A DNA stretch of 63,609 nt, the filler included, from Candidatus Omnitrophota bacterium (GTDB taxonomy: Bacteria > Omnitrophota > Gorgyraeia > Zapsychrales > Zapsychraceae): NCBI GenBank assembly GCA_015233495.1. It is 5 parts of 5 records of this genome, joined end to end, with 100 filler letters (N's around TTAATTAATTAA, not from the genome) between each part and the next. Parts side by side here need not be neighbours in the genome. Positions count along the whole stretch, not along the records: positions 42,128 to 55,316 come from JADFXQ010000050.1; positions 55,417 to 63,609 come from JADFXQ010000068.1; 3 more parts are not named here. One strand, 5' to 3'. The translations under genes were made by a program, and so were the position numbers. The stretch's first letter is position 1. Each line of letters begins with the position of its first letter. This document shows, one piece after another, positions 49,913 through 58,400 of the stretch. The notes below the pieces were generated by a model. It worked only from the letters and a program-made list of their open reading frames with translations. It had not been told where the DNA came from and did no database searches.

Positions 49913-50968
49913 TTATTTCGAACTTTTTTTGCTCGCGGCTTTAGGTTCATCCGGTTCCTGCTGCGCTTCCTGATCAATTTCCACGTCGTTCAACGCGGCC
50001 AACAAACAACCCTTCGCGGTCGCGTTGAGCGGTTCTTCCGCCAGCCGGACTTTATTGATCGGAATCGGGAACTCGACTTTTTTCAATTCTTCTTCAAAAA
50101 CTTCCGTGAACCCGCCGATCAGTGACGTGCCGCCGGAACAGACAATATCCACCGGGTCCGGGAACTGCGGCACGCTTTCCGCGGACTCGAATTTGGCTTT
50201 GATATTCGCGATGGTGTAGCTGATCAAATTGCGGTAATAAATGACAATCGCTTCCTGCTCGCGGTTTTTCGGGTTCTTGATATTAACGCCTTTTTCTTTT
50301 AAAGCCGCGGCGCGGGTTTGATTGATGCCCAACACTTGCGCCACGTTTTTATCAATCCAGTCGCCGGCGCGGCTGGTCGAAAACATAACCGCCGGTATAG
50401 TTTTATACGAAACGCAAACGTTCACCATGCCGCCGCCGAACGAACAGCCGATTCCCGTAAAATCCTGGTCCGCCATTTCGCTGAACACGATCGCGTGGCC
50501 TTCGTTCATTTCCTTGCCGAGATAACCCAGATTTTTTAACGCGCCCGCGATAATGCCGGAGTGATACACAATATTGAAATCCGCGTCCACCGGACAGGCC
50601 GGCACCGAGTAATAACACGGCGTGTTCGGCACTTCCGCTTTGCCGATAACCGCTTCGACCAAGAGGCCGAAAATCGGGGCGGCGTCCGCTTCGTCGGGAC
50701 TCATGACTCCGTCTTTCATCGGCCGACGGATCACTTTGTTCATGATGTTCGCCAGCTCAAACGCCGATTCACCCAAAACATAAACTTTTTTCCCCATCTC
50801 GACGTATTGCACTTTTTGCTGGAGCAGCATTTTTTTCGTAAACGGGTTGACGTCGACATCGAGAAAACAATGCCGCAGAAGCTTAATTTTAATATTGCCT
50901 TTATCGTCCTGGACCGCTCCTGCCAAATTCATTGTCCCGACGTCAAGTCCTCGCACTTTCATTCCCAT
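49913..50968 (-). CDS. Actin-like ATPase (Mad28-like)
   Basis: Phosphate-1 GLDVGT, NEGHA, phosphate-2 SFGGGMVN, AGDWID, adenosine motif SGGTSLIGG, NATAKG. Differs from MreB/FtsA signatures. Confidence 0.85.
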   Translation of the reverse strand: MGMKVRGLDVGTMNLAGAVQDDKGNIKIKLLRHCFLDVDVNPFTKKMLLQQKVQYVEMGKKVYVLGESAFELANIMNKVIRRPMKDGVMSPDEADAAPIFGLLVEAVIGKAEVPNTPCYYSVPACPVDADFNIVYHSGIIAGALKNLGYLGKEMNEGHAIVFSEMADQDFTGIGCSFGGGMVNVCVSYKTIPAVMFSTSRAGDWIDKNVAQVLGINQTRAAALKEKGVNIKNPKNREQEAIVIYYRNLISYTIANIKAKFESAESVPQFPDPVDIVCSGGTSLIGGFTEVFEEELKKVEFPIPINKVRLAEEPLNATAKGCLLAALNDVEIDQEAQQEPDEPKAASKKSSK

Positions 50969-51001
50969 GGAATCTCCTTCCGTATTTTAGGCAATCCCTG
51001 T

Positions 51002-51790
51002 CTAAGCTGTCGTTTTTGCCGGTTTTTTATAATAATGCCCTCTGGCTTTCGCCCGGGTATCCGCCAACATCAAGCGGATCTCATCCAAGCTCTCTTTGGC
51101 TTGCTGCAAATCGCGCTTATACCCTTCCTTCTCCTCCATATGCACGCGGATTTCCTGCACCGCGTCTTCGAATTTCTTTTGCAGTTCTTCTTTTTCTTCT
51201 TCAGTCATATAGATCTGATTCTGGAAATTCTGGATGGTGGAATTCGTGGAGTTTAATTCCATTTCAATCTGATCAATGCGCGTGTCGCGGGCTTTGACGT
51301 CCTTGGTCAACTGTTCCACTTTCTTCGCCAAACCGTCTTTTTCCGTATGACTTTCGGACAATTCTTCTTCCAAGGTCCGGATCCGTTCGATGGATTGCAA
51401 ACGTTCATTTTCTAAAAATTCCAGATTGGAATTCAATTCCTCCTGCGAAACGAGCGCCTCTTGCAAGTCCTTGACCTTGACTTCGAGACTGGCGATCTTT
51501 TCTTCATCTTTTTCAATTTCCTTGACTAATTTCGCGATCTCTTTTTCCTGCGTCTCTTTAATGCTGAACGCGGCTTCTAATTGCTTCTCCAAATCAGAAA
51601 TAATCTCAAATACGCTGGCCTTTTCTTCATCCGGCGACATAAAATGCTTTTGCCGCCCGACTTCCTTTTTGACTGCCTCCAGCTGCTTCTTCAGGCCGTT
51701 TATTGCCGCCGGCCGCTCGTCGACGTGCATTTTTTTTAAACTCGATTGCAATAATGGATTGTCGATTTTTCTGATGGTTTTTACCGTCAT
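51002..51790 (-). CDS. SMC-like acidic coiled-coil protein
   Basis: About 200 aa of continuous E/K-rich heptads. Confidence 0.85.
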   Translation of the reverse strand: MTVKTIRKIDNPLLQSSLKKMHVDERPAAINGLKKQLEAVKKEVGRQKHFMSPDEEKASVFEIISDLEKQLEAAFSIKETQEKEIAKLVKEIEKDEEKIASLEVKVKDLQEALVSQEELNSNLEFLENERLQSIERIRTLEEELSESHTEKDGLAKKVEQLTKDVKARDTRIDQIEMELNSTNSTIQNFQNQIYMTEEEKEELQKKFEDAVQEIRVHMEEKEGYKRDLQQAKESLDEIRLMLADTRAKARGHYYKKPAKTTA

Positions 51791-51822
51791 AATATCCCTT
51801 CCTTGAGTTATTACGCCGCGGG

Positions 51823-52590
51823 TTACTTTCGCCGTTTTGGTTTCGGTTTGCGTTGCATGACCTCTTTTGCCAAAGAAGCGTAGGTGGTCGCGCCTTTTGA
51901 ACCTTTATCGTATTTGTAAACCGGAAGATGCGCGTTGTGGGCTTCTTCCAGTTTGATATTTTCCGGGATAATCGTGTGAAACACTTTATCGCCAAAATAA
52001 TTTTTTATCGCGTTTTTCGCTTCGTTGGTGACCACCCGGTCCCGGAACCGCGTGATCAAAACGCCCAAGATGTCAATCTCGGATTCCAATCCCTGACGGA
52101 CTTTTACGACGATCTCTTCTAACAATTTGATCCCTTTCAAGGAAAAGAAATCCGGACAAATGGGGACCAGCAATTCGTCGCAAGCCGTAAGGGCGTTGAC
52201 CGTCAACAAACCCAAAGACGGCGGCGCGTCAACGATCATAAAATCGTATTTCAGCTGCCGGACATAATGAAACAAAATTTTTTCGCGGCCGATCTGCTCC
52301 GAAATGCGCATCGAGGCCCCGGAAAGCCCGATATCGCTCGGCACCACGTCAATCCCAAACGCGGTCGAATGCTGGACAACCTCGTTGATTTTCATTCCGC
52401 CGATCAACACGTCGTAAATGGTGTTCTCAAAATTGGAACCGCCGAAAATCGCGGAAGTGGCGGAATTCTGCGGGTCCATATCAATCAAAAGAACTTTCTG
52501 ATGCAGACGCGCCAATTCCGCGGCTAAATTTACCGAGGTGGTGGTTTTCGCCACGCCGCCCTTCTGGTTTGCCACGACGATTCGTCTCAT
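51823..52590 (-). CDS. Orphan ParA/Soj-family ATPase
   Basis: NQKGGVAKTT, DMDPQ, VDAPP, ENIKLEEA. No parB adjacent. Confidence 0.92.
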   Translation of the reverse strand: MRRIVVANQKGGVAKTTTSVNLAAELARLHQKVLLIDMDPQNSATSAIFGGSNFENTIYDVLIGGMKINEVVQHSTAFGIDVVPSDIGLSGASMRISEQIGREKILFHYVRQLKYDFMIVDAPPSLGLLTVNALTACDELLVPICPDFFSLKGIKLLEEIVVKVRQGLESEIDILGVLITRFRDRVVTNEAKNAIKNYFGDKVFHTIIPENIKLEEAHNAHLPVYKYDKGSKGATTYASLAKEVMQRKPKPKRRK

Positions 52591-52611
52591 AGCTGTTTGT
52601 CCTTTTGGGAT

Positions 52612-52887
52612 TTAACCCTTAAGCCGCTTTTTGGTTTGTGCCGGTTTTTTCCGGCTGGTCTTTTTGGCGACCATTTCTACCAATGGCTTATTTTGCCGCA
52701 TCGCGGCGAGCGCCTGCTCCCGGATCCGTTTCAATTTGTTGCTTTTCGCTTTCGACCGGCGGATTGTTTTCTCGTCTGCTTTGACGTTGTGCGCCTTGAT
52801 GACAACCAAAGCTTCTTTTTTTACCTTAGCACGACGAACAGACAGCCGGCGCGTTTTTTTCGCCACCGGTTTACGCGGCACTGGCAT
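52612..52887 (-). CDS. Small, very basic K/R-rich protein
   Basis: 91 aa, in operon orientation, overlapping the upstream ORF. Confidence 0.55.
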   Translation of the reverse strand: MPVPRKPVAKKTRRLSVRRAKVKKEALVVIKAHNVKADEKTIRRSKAKSNKLKRIREQALAAMRQNKPLVEMVAKKTSRKKPAQTKKRLKG

Positions 52888-53065
52888 AACCTTCTTTAAA
52901 CGATTGCGCCGCGCCTTCTAACACCTTGGCCGTGCTGTCGCCAATGTTCGAAAACGAATGCCCGATGTCTTTGAGCAGTTTCGGGTTTTGTTTTTTGATG
53001 ATCTTGTAACCGACCACCCCGACGATGGCGATCCCGGCGATAGCTAATAGAGATTTTTCAAACAT
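52871..53065 (-). CDS. Small single-TM protein
   Basis: 64 aa, GGAGGGG RBS, hydrophobic N-terminal helix then an amphipathic helix. Confidence 0.75.
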   Translation of the reverse strand: MFEKSLLAIAGIAIVGVVGYKIIKKQNPKLLKDIGHSFSNIGDSTAKVLEGAAQSFKEGYASAA

Positions 53066-54183
53066 AAGTCCCCTCCTTGTTCAACTTCACTATTTTTTTC
53101 GGAAATGCTGCTGTTACTTTTACCGGAAGACCCGAATGTCGCCTGGTTATTGATCCACCAAAACCGCCAGGCCTCAATGGCTTCTTCTTTATGTTTCGGC
53201 GAACCCTTGGGATGAAAATCAAAATCCTGTTTCGTGATTTTTCGCAAGGCCGCGTCCGCCGCTTTTTGAATGTCGGGATCCGCGTCCGCCAAAAGCGTGA
53301 TGAGCCCGGAGATGGCTGGTTGAGCCTTAAACGTGCCGCACATCTGGATCGCCGCCTTGCGGATCGAATCCTCGACGTCGTGCAGCATTTTCATGATATA
53401 AGGGATGCCGCGGTTGCCGTAATTCCAGCAGATCAAATTCAAAGCCTGTTTGCGCACCTCTCCCGCGGGATCTTTGATCGCGGCGGATAAAATCTGCAAG
53501 GCTTCCTCGTCTTTATATTTCGAAATCGCCCGCAAGGCTGCCAGCCGGATACGCGGGTTCGCTTCCCCAAGGTATCCTTTGAAATAACCGCTGTCCAAAT
53601 CTCCCGGCTGGTTGAGCATGGATAAGGCATTCAGCAGTTCAACCTGTTTGATGGCGTTGGTCTCTGTCCCCAGCAATTTTTTTAAAATCGCGACCGCGGC
53701 CGGCTTGGATAATTTTTTGATTTGGTCCAAGGCCTCGGAACGCATCGGCGCTAAGCGGGAATCAAAATCCCGCACATAAATTTCCGCGCGGTGATATTCG
53801 TCTTTTTCGGCAAAAGGAATGCCGCGGAAAAACGCGTCCGGGTCGCCGGATACTGTTTGTTCTATCGGCTGCAAAACTGCCGCGGCCGGTTTTTTTTGAA
53901 TTTCGTTTTGAAACGACAAAAGTATCGGATTCGGCTCCGGCGCGGCTTCTTTTTTCAACGGCGGAAAAGTCGTAGTCACCACACGATCAGACTGGATGTA
54001 AGCGCTGGGCGCCGGCGTCGCGGCCGGCGATTTCGCCGCAACCGGTTTTCTCGTGCCCGCCGCGGGCTTTAAAAAAGGCGCCGCCTTAAAAAAACCATTT
54101 TCCGCAATCCGGACACATCCTCCGAAGAAACGCAGGGTGTCATAGGTAAAGCCGACCACCGGATTTTGACTTGCTGCCATCAT
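53044..54183 (-). CDS. HEAT/PBS-lyase repeat protein
   Basis: Repeats RIRLAALRAI, EVRKQALNLI, SIRKAAIQ, DIQKAADAALRKIT, ending EEAIEAWRFWW. Confidence 0.85.
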   Translation of the reverse strand: MMAASQNPVVGFTYDTLRFFGGCVRIAENGFFKAAPFLKPAAGTRKPVAAKSPAATPAPSAYIQSDRVVTTTFPPLKKEAAPEPNPILLSFQNEIQKKPAAAVLQPIEQTVSGDPDAFFRGIPFAEKDEYHRAEIYVRDFDSRLAPMRSEALDQIKKLSKPAAVAILKKLLGTETNAIKQVELLNALSMLNQPGDLDSGYFKGYLGEANPRIRLAALRAISKYKDEEALQILSAAIKDPAGEVRKQALNLICWNYGNRGIPYIMKMLHDVEDSIRKAAIQMCGTFKAQPAISGLITLLADADPDIQKAADAALRKITKQDFDFHPKGSPKHKEEAIEAWRFWWINNQATFGSSGKSNSSISEKNSEVEQGGDLCLKNLY

Positions 54184-54427
54184 AAATATCCCCCCTTGAA
54201 AACTTCGGTTCTATTATTGCATTAGGAAAATCTTAGTCAAGAATTAAAGCAACATATTACAACTTCGCCCGCTTTTTCTTCGCGAAATCAATGCGCGCCG
54301 CTAATCGTTGGATCTATGATCTGAAATCTTTGCGGTACGCGCCGTAAATAAACTTCAAACGATCGGCTTTATACCATTCGTAAAATGCTTGTCCGAAATT
54401 GGACAAATTTTTGTTTTCCATCTGAAC

Positions 54428-54781
54428 CTATTTAATATCGCTGAGAATATCCCGCCACGCGTCCCGGGTTTTTTTCGCGGCCCGGCCGATTTCAAAAGAA
54501 ATATCGGACAAAGCCGAGTGCAAAGTGACCCCTTCCCAATTTTGTTTGGCGTTCGCGGTGATCCGCTTAACCATAGACCAAGTTTCCGCTTTTAATTTTT
54601 TGGTTCTTTGCGCTTGCTCTTGCGGGTTCTCATTGGTCCAAACGTCCGCGATGCGGTCGGTCCCGGCGGAAAAATCCTGCCGCAGAGCAGCGCAGGTTTT
54701 TTTAAAAGCGCGGCCGGTCCGCGTCGCCGGTTCGCTGGTCTCGCTCTCGGCCTTAGTAAAATCAATTTTGTGATAGCCCAT
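54428..54781 (-). CDS. Hypothetical amphipathic-helix protein
   Basis: 117-aa ORF between the two HEAT genes on the same strand. Confidence 0.65.
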   Translation of the reverse strand: MGYHKIDFTKAESETSEPATRTGRAFKKTCAALRQDFSAGTDRIADVWTNENPQEQAQRTKKLKAETWSMVKRITANAKQNWEGVTLHSALSDISFEIGRAAKKTRDAWRDILSDIK

Positions 54782-54799
54782 GACGTCTTCGCTCTGACT

Positions 54800-55315
54800 T
54801 TAACGGCCGGCCGCCCGGCCCGCCTTTGTTTTTTTGGCCGCGATTTTTTTCGCGGCCGCTTGCGGCGCAACTTTTTTAAAGGTTCCCAGGGCAGGAATTT
54901 TTAACGCCGTTTTCTGTGCCGACGCCGTCGGTTTCGGCGCGGCCGCGGGTTTGGCCAAATATTTATCTTTGATAAAACGATTGGTCTCCTGGAGATCCCA
55001 CAAAAAACGCGGGTTGGTTTGATTGTCTTGCCACATTTTTTTCCAGCGTTTCACTGCTTCTTCCCGCACCGCTAACGGCGCCGAATATTTATATCCGAAA
55101 TCCGTTCCGATAATCGGCCGCAAAGCGTCAATCGCCTCTTTGCGGATTTTCATATCATCGCTGGACAATTTGGGGATCAGATGAATAAAAGCGAAACGGC
55201 TGTTGCTTTTTCCCAGTTGACGGATAGCAACGCGCGCCACGCCTTCATCCGGATCATTGATCAACTTAACGATCGCCGACATTTCCTCGTTAGAATCCGC
55301 GTGATGCATGCAATT
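54800..55315 (-). CDS. HEAT-repeat protein, probably 5'-truncated, with a basic A/K tail
   Basis: DPDEGVARVAIRQLG, KIRKEAIDALR, REEAVKRWKKMW. Frame is open to the contig edge. Confidence 0.8.
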   Translation of the reverse strand, partial: NCMHHADSNEEMSAIVKLINDPDEGVARVAIRQLGKSNSRFAFIHLIPKLSSDDMKIRKEAIDALRPIIGTDFGYKYSAPLAVREEAVKRWKKMWQDNQTNPRFLWDLQETNRFIKDKYLAKPAAAPKPTASAQKTALKIPALGTFKKVAPQAAAKKIAAKKTKAGRAAGR

Positions 55316-55316
55316 G

Positions 55317-55416
55317 NNNNNNNNNNNNNNNNNNNNNNNNNNNNNNNNNNNNNNNNNNNNTTAATTAATTAANNNNNNNNNNNNNNNNNNNNNNNNNNNN
55401 NNNNNNNNNNNNNNNN
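55317..55416. other. Artificial contig spacer
   Basis: N run with TTAATTAATTAA. Confidence 0.97.
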
Positions 55417-55418
55417 TA

Positions 55419-58400
55419 AAGGGAGATGACGGTGCGGTTTCCTCGCCGATTACTGATGCGACGTTTGCGGCGTGGAGAAAAGTTTCCGGATTATTGGATT
55501 CAGTGCGATATGTTGATGGCGACGCATTAACCTTACCCAACGCTTTATATATTCAAAACAATCCCAAAAATCTCGACGGAAAGGCAGTGCCGCGGTCGCA
55601 CATTCGCTGCAGCGGCGGGTGCGGGCAATGTTATGCGGAAACGGGATTTATGCAGGCCATGTTGGACCGAACGCGACCGATGTCTTTGCCGGAAATCGCC
55701 GATATTACACGACAGGCGGTTGTTGGAATTGGCAACCAGTTCATTTATGTTCAAGGTCAAGACAGTTTGGATGATGTGGAATCGTTTTGGGCGATTGTCG
55801 ACGCCTGCCGGAATCAACCGCTGTGTTTTCATGTCGCGACCAATGGTTTTAAATTTTTGCGGGGTGAAATAGACCCGGAAACATTCGCCTTCGACCTTCA
55901 GGCGCGTTTGGGTCAGGTGAGGGAAAATGTAGTTGGTTTAAGTTGGGATTTGGCTAAGGTGGAACAACTTAAATCCGAGTTTAACGGAAGCGCGGATGAG
56001 GTTTATCGAGCCATGGCCCGGGTGTATGTCGGTTTAAGCCGAGGGCTTGGGAGAAATGGCGTCGTATGCGTCTTGAACTATGACGTGGAAAATTTTAGCG
56101 CGACAACCGCGCCGGGAGACACATACAAAGATTTTGAAGCGCGCATGAAGAGCCGTATCTGGGGTTTACCTGTTCATGTTATCAATCGGAGAATTATTCC
56201 ATCGACTGTCGAAACGGTTAGGACGCTTATGCGGACGGGCCGGGTCAAAAAAGTTTTTACCGTCCGGGAATTGATTGACAAGATGAAAACCGTAAGATTG
56301 AATCATTGTGAGTTTGTTCCGTTTATTGATATGGCGACCAGCCAATTTGCCACTTGCGCGACACGCAGCGAATTTCCCCGTTGGCCAGTAACCGCGGCTA
56401 ATTTTCAAGCCGTTTATCGCGCGGCGCCGCATCATCCTTTATTGATCCATTTATGGTCGGACGGATATCCGGCTTTGATCCGGTTATTGGAATCCGCGGT
56501 AGCGTTTGTTCCGGAATTGGACACGCAAGAGCAATTGACATTCAAACCGGTCGAAGCACATATTAAAAGCGACACTGGTTTAATGTTCGGGATTTCATTC
56601 CTGTATTTGTTGGAGGATATTCTGCTCAACAGTTCCGGGAAGGTAAATCGGCAGGGCGTATTAAATTTACGGTTCGTGCCCGCGGAACTGATTCCTTTGT
56701 TGGCATCGGAGGAAATTTTAACCGCGTATGCGAGATATTCCGCGGCTGGGGACAAATTTTTAAACACGGATATTTTTTCACAAATGCTGCAGCTGAGCGT
56801 TTCGGCATTGAAGAATCGCGGCGTCATTGCCCAGGAATATGCGTCAGCGACGGAAATCTCTCCGGCGGATCTCGCAATCGGCGAATATGTCCGCAACAAT
56901 CCGCTCCCGACCCTTGCCAACTTCAGTCACGGCGCCGCCTCGCCGGTTTCCATTCTTTGCAGCGAAGCCGGGGCCCGGGGTATTGGCTGCCGCGTCGATG
57001 CTACGTTCGCTTTTGTGAGCGTGCCGCCGGCTGCCGCGGGGGTTTATGCTCCTGACAGACCGGTGGCTTATGCCGGTCCGGCGGGCGCTGTCTTGAGGCG
57101 GGAGGATATCCTCGACGCGGAGCGAAAATATTTTGAATTAACCGGTCAAGCGCCGGTAACGGTGGTCATCTCGTTTAACACGACCGTGCCCGGCGGGGAT
57201 GACTCAAAAATTCCGGCCGTTGCCCGCGGCCTTTACTATGTGGCAGAAGAGAAATTAACCCAGTTTGACGCGGCGGTTTCCCGAAGGGTGCACGACGGCA
57301 AGACGGCCGGCAAAATTGAATATCAGGCTCCGACACTGTTCATCTTTGCCAGCCGGCACGCTTTTGAGGCGGCGCGCGATATGACGGATTATGTCGCGGC
57401 GGAACAACAAGAGCGTTTGTCCGGCGGAAGGTCTTGGGACGAGCTGTGGCAAGAGGTGGAGGCGCGGCGGGGGACATTGTTGGAACATTATCGTCGGGAA
57501 GCGATGGGTCGAAACGCGACGATTGTTTTCCCGGAAGCGGAGGCCAGCCCGGAAGTCCGGGCTGCCGCGGCTTGGTTGTTGCAGGAGCGGGACGGACAAC
57601 GCACGGCCGGCGTTGTTCTCTTCGGAAACCGAGATCGGATTCTTAAGGAAGCGGCCCGCGAGAATGTGGATCTCAGCGGGGCGGTGTTCCTTAATCCTGA
57701 GCAGGACCGGTTCGAAGGGTTTGAGGAGAGTGTTCAGCATTATTACGAAAAGCGATTGAAGAAAGAAACGTCATTGACGATCGATTCAGCGCGGCAAGCC
57801 CTGCGCGACAATCCGGTTCTGTTCGGGGCTTATTTAGTGAGGGCCAACGAGAAGCAAGGCTATTGTTTAGTCACGGGTAAAACCACGGAAACCGGCGCAG
57901 TGATGAAAGCGGTCATCTTGACCGATTTAGGAATTCATAAACTTTCTTCGGCATTTGTGATGTTAGCGCCGTTCCCGGGAAAACGCTCAGACGCGCCGAT
58001 TTTAGTCGCGGATGTGGCAACCCAACCTATGCCAACGGTCGAGGAATTGGCTGAAATCATTGTCCTGACTGCGCAAAATGTTCGGCTGATCAACACGAAA
58101 GCCAAGCCGGTGATCGCGGTTTTGGCCGGCCACGAGCCGACAGTGACGGCAAAAGCCGAAGCCGCGATCGCGATCGCGGCGTGCGAGTTGGGCGGATTCG
58201 CGGAAGTGATCGGCCCGGCGGCATTTTCCGAGGCCATGGACCGCGGCTGTGACGCGATCGTTTTGCCGGATTTGGTTGCCGCGAACCCGGCGTGCAAAAT
58301 CCTGCAATATTTCGGCGGGTATGACCCGATGATTATCCGAACCATGGGCGCGGTCTTGGGCCGGATGACCGACCTCTCCCGCGGCGCGTCAGTCCGGGAA

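Noticed and set aside
49913..50968. Calling the actin-like genes mreB, ftsA or mamK
   Set aside because: Motifs and context differ: no mreCD or ftsZ, and SFGGG in place of the DIGGG/DIGAG-type motif. Mad28-like is the best reading but is unconfirmed, so no gene symbol is given.
14782..55416. Four identical TTAATTAATTAA motifs within N runs as a biological repeat
   Set aside because: They are 100-nt synthetic contig spacers with six-frame stops. Neighbourhoods across them, such as the actin cluster next to the giant gene, are not evidence of linkage.
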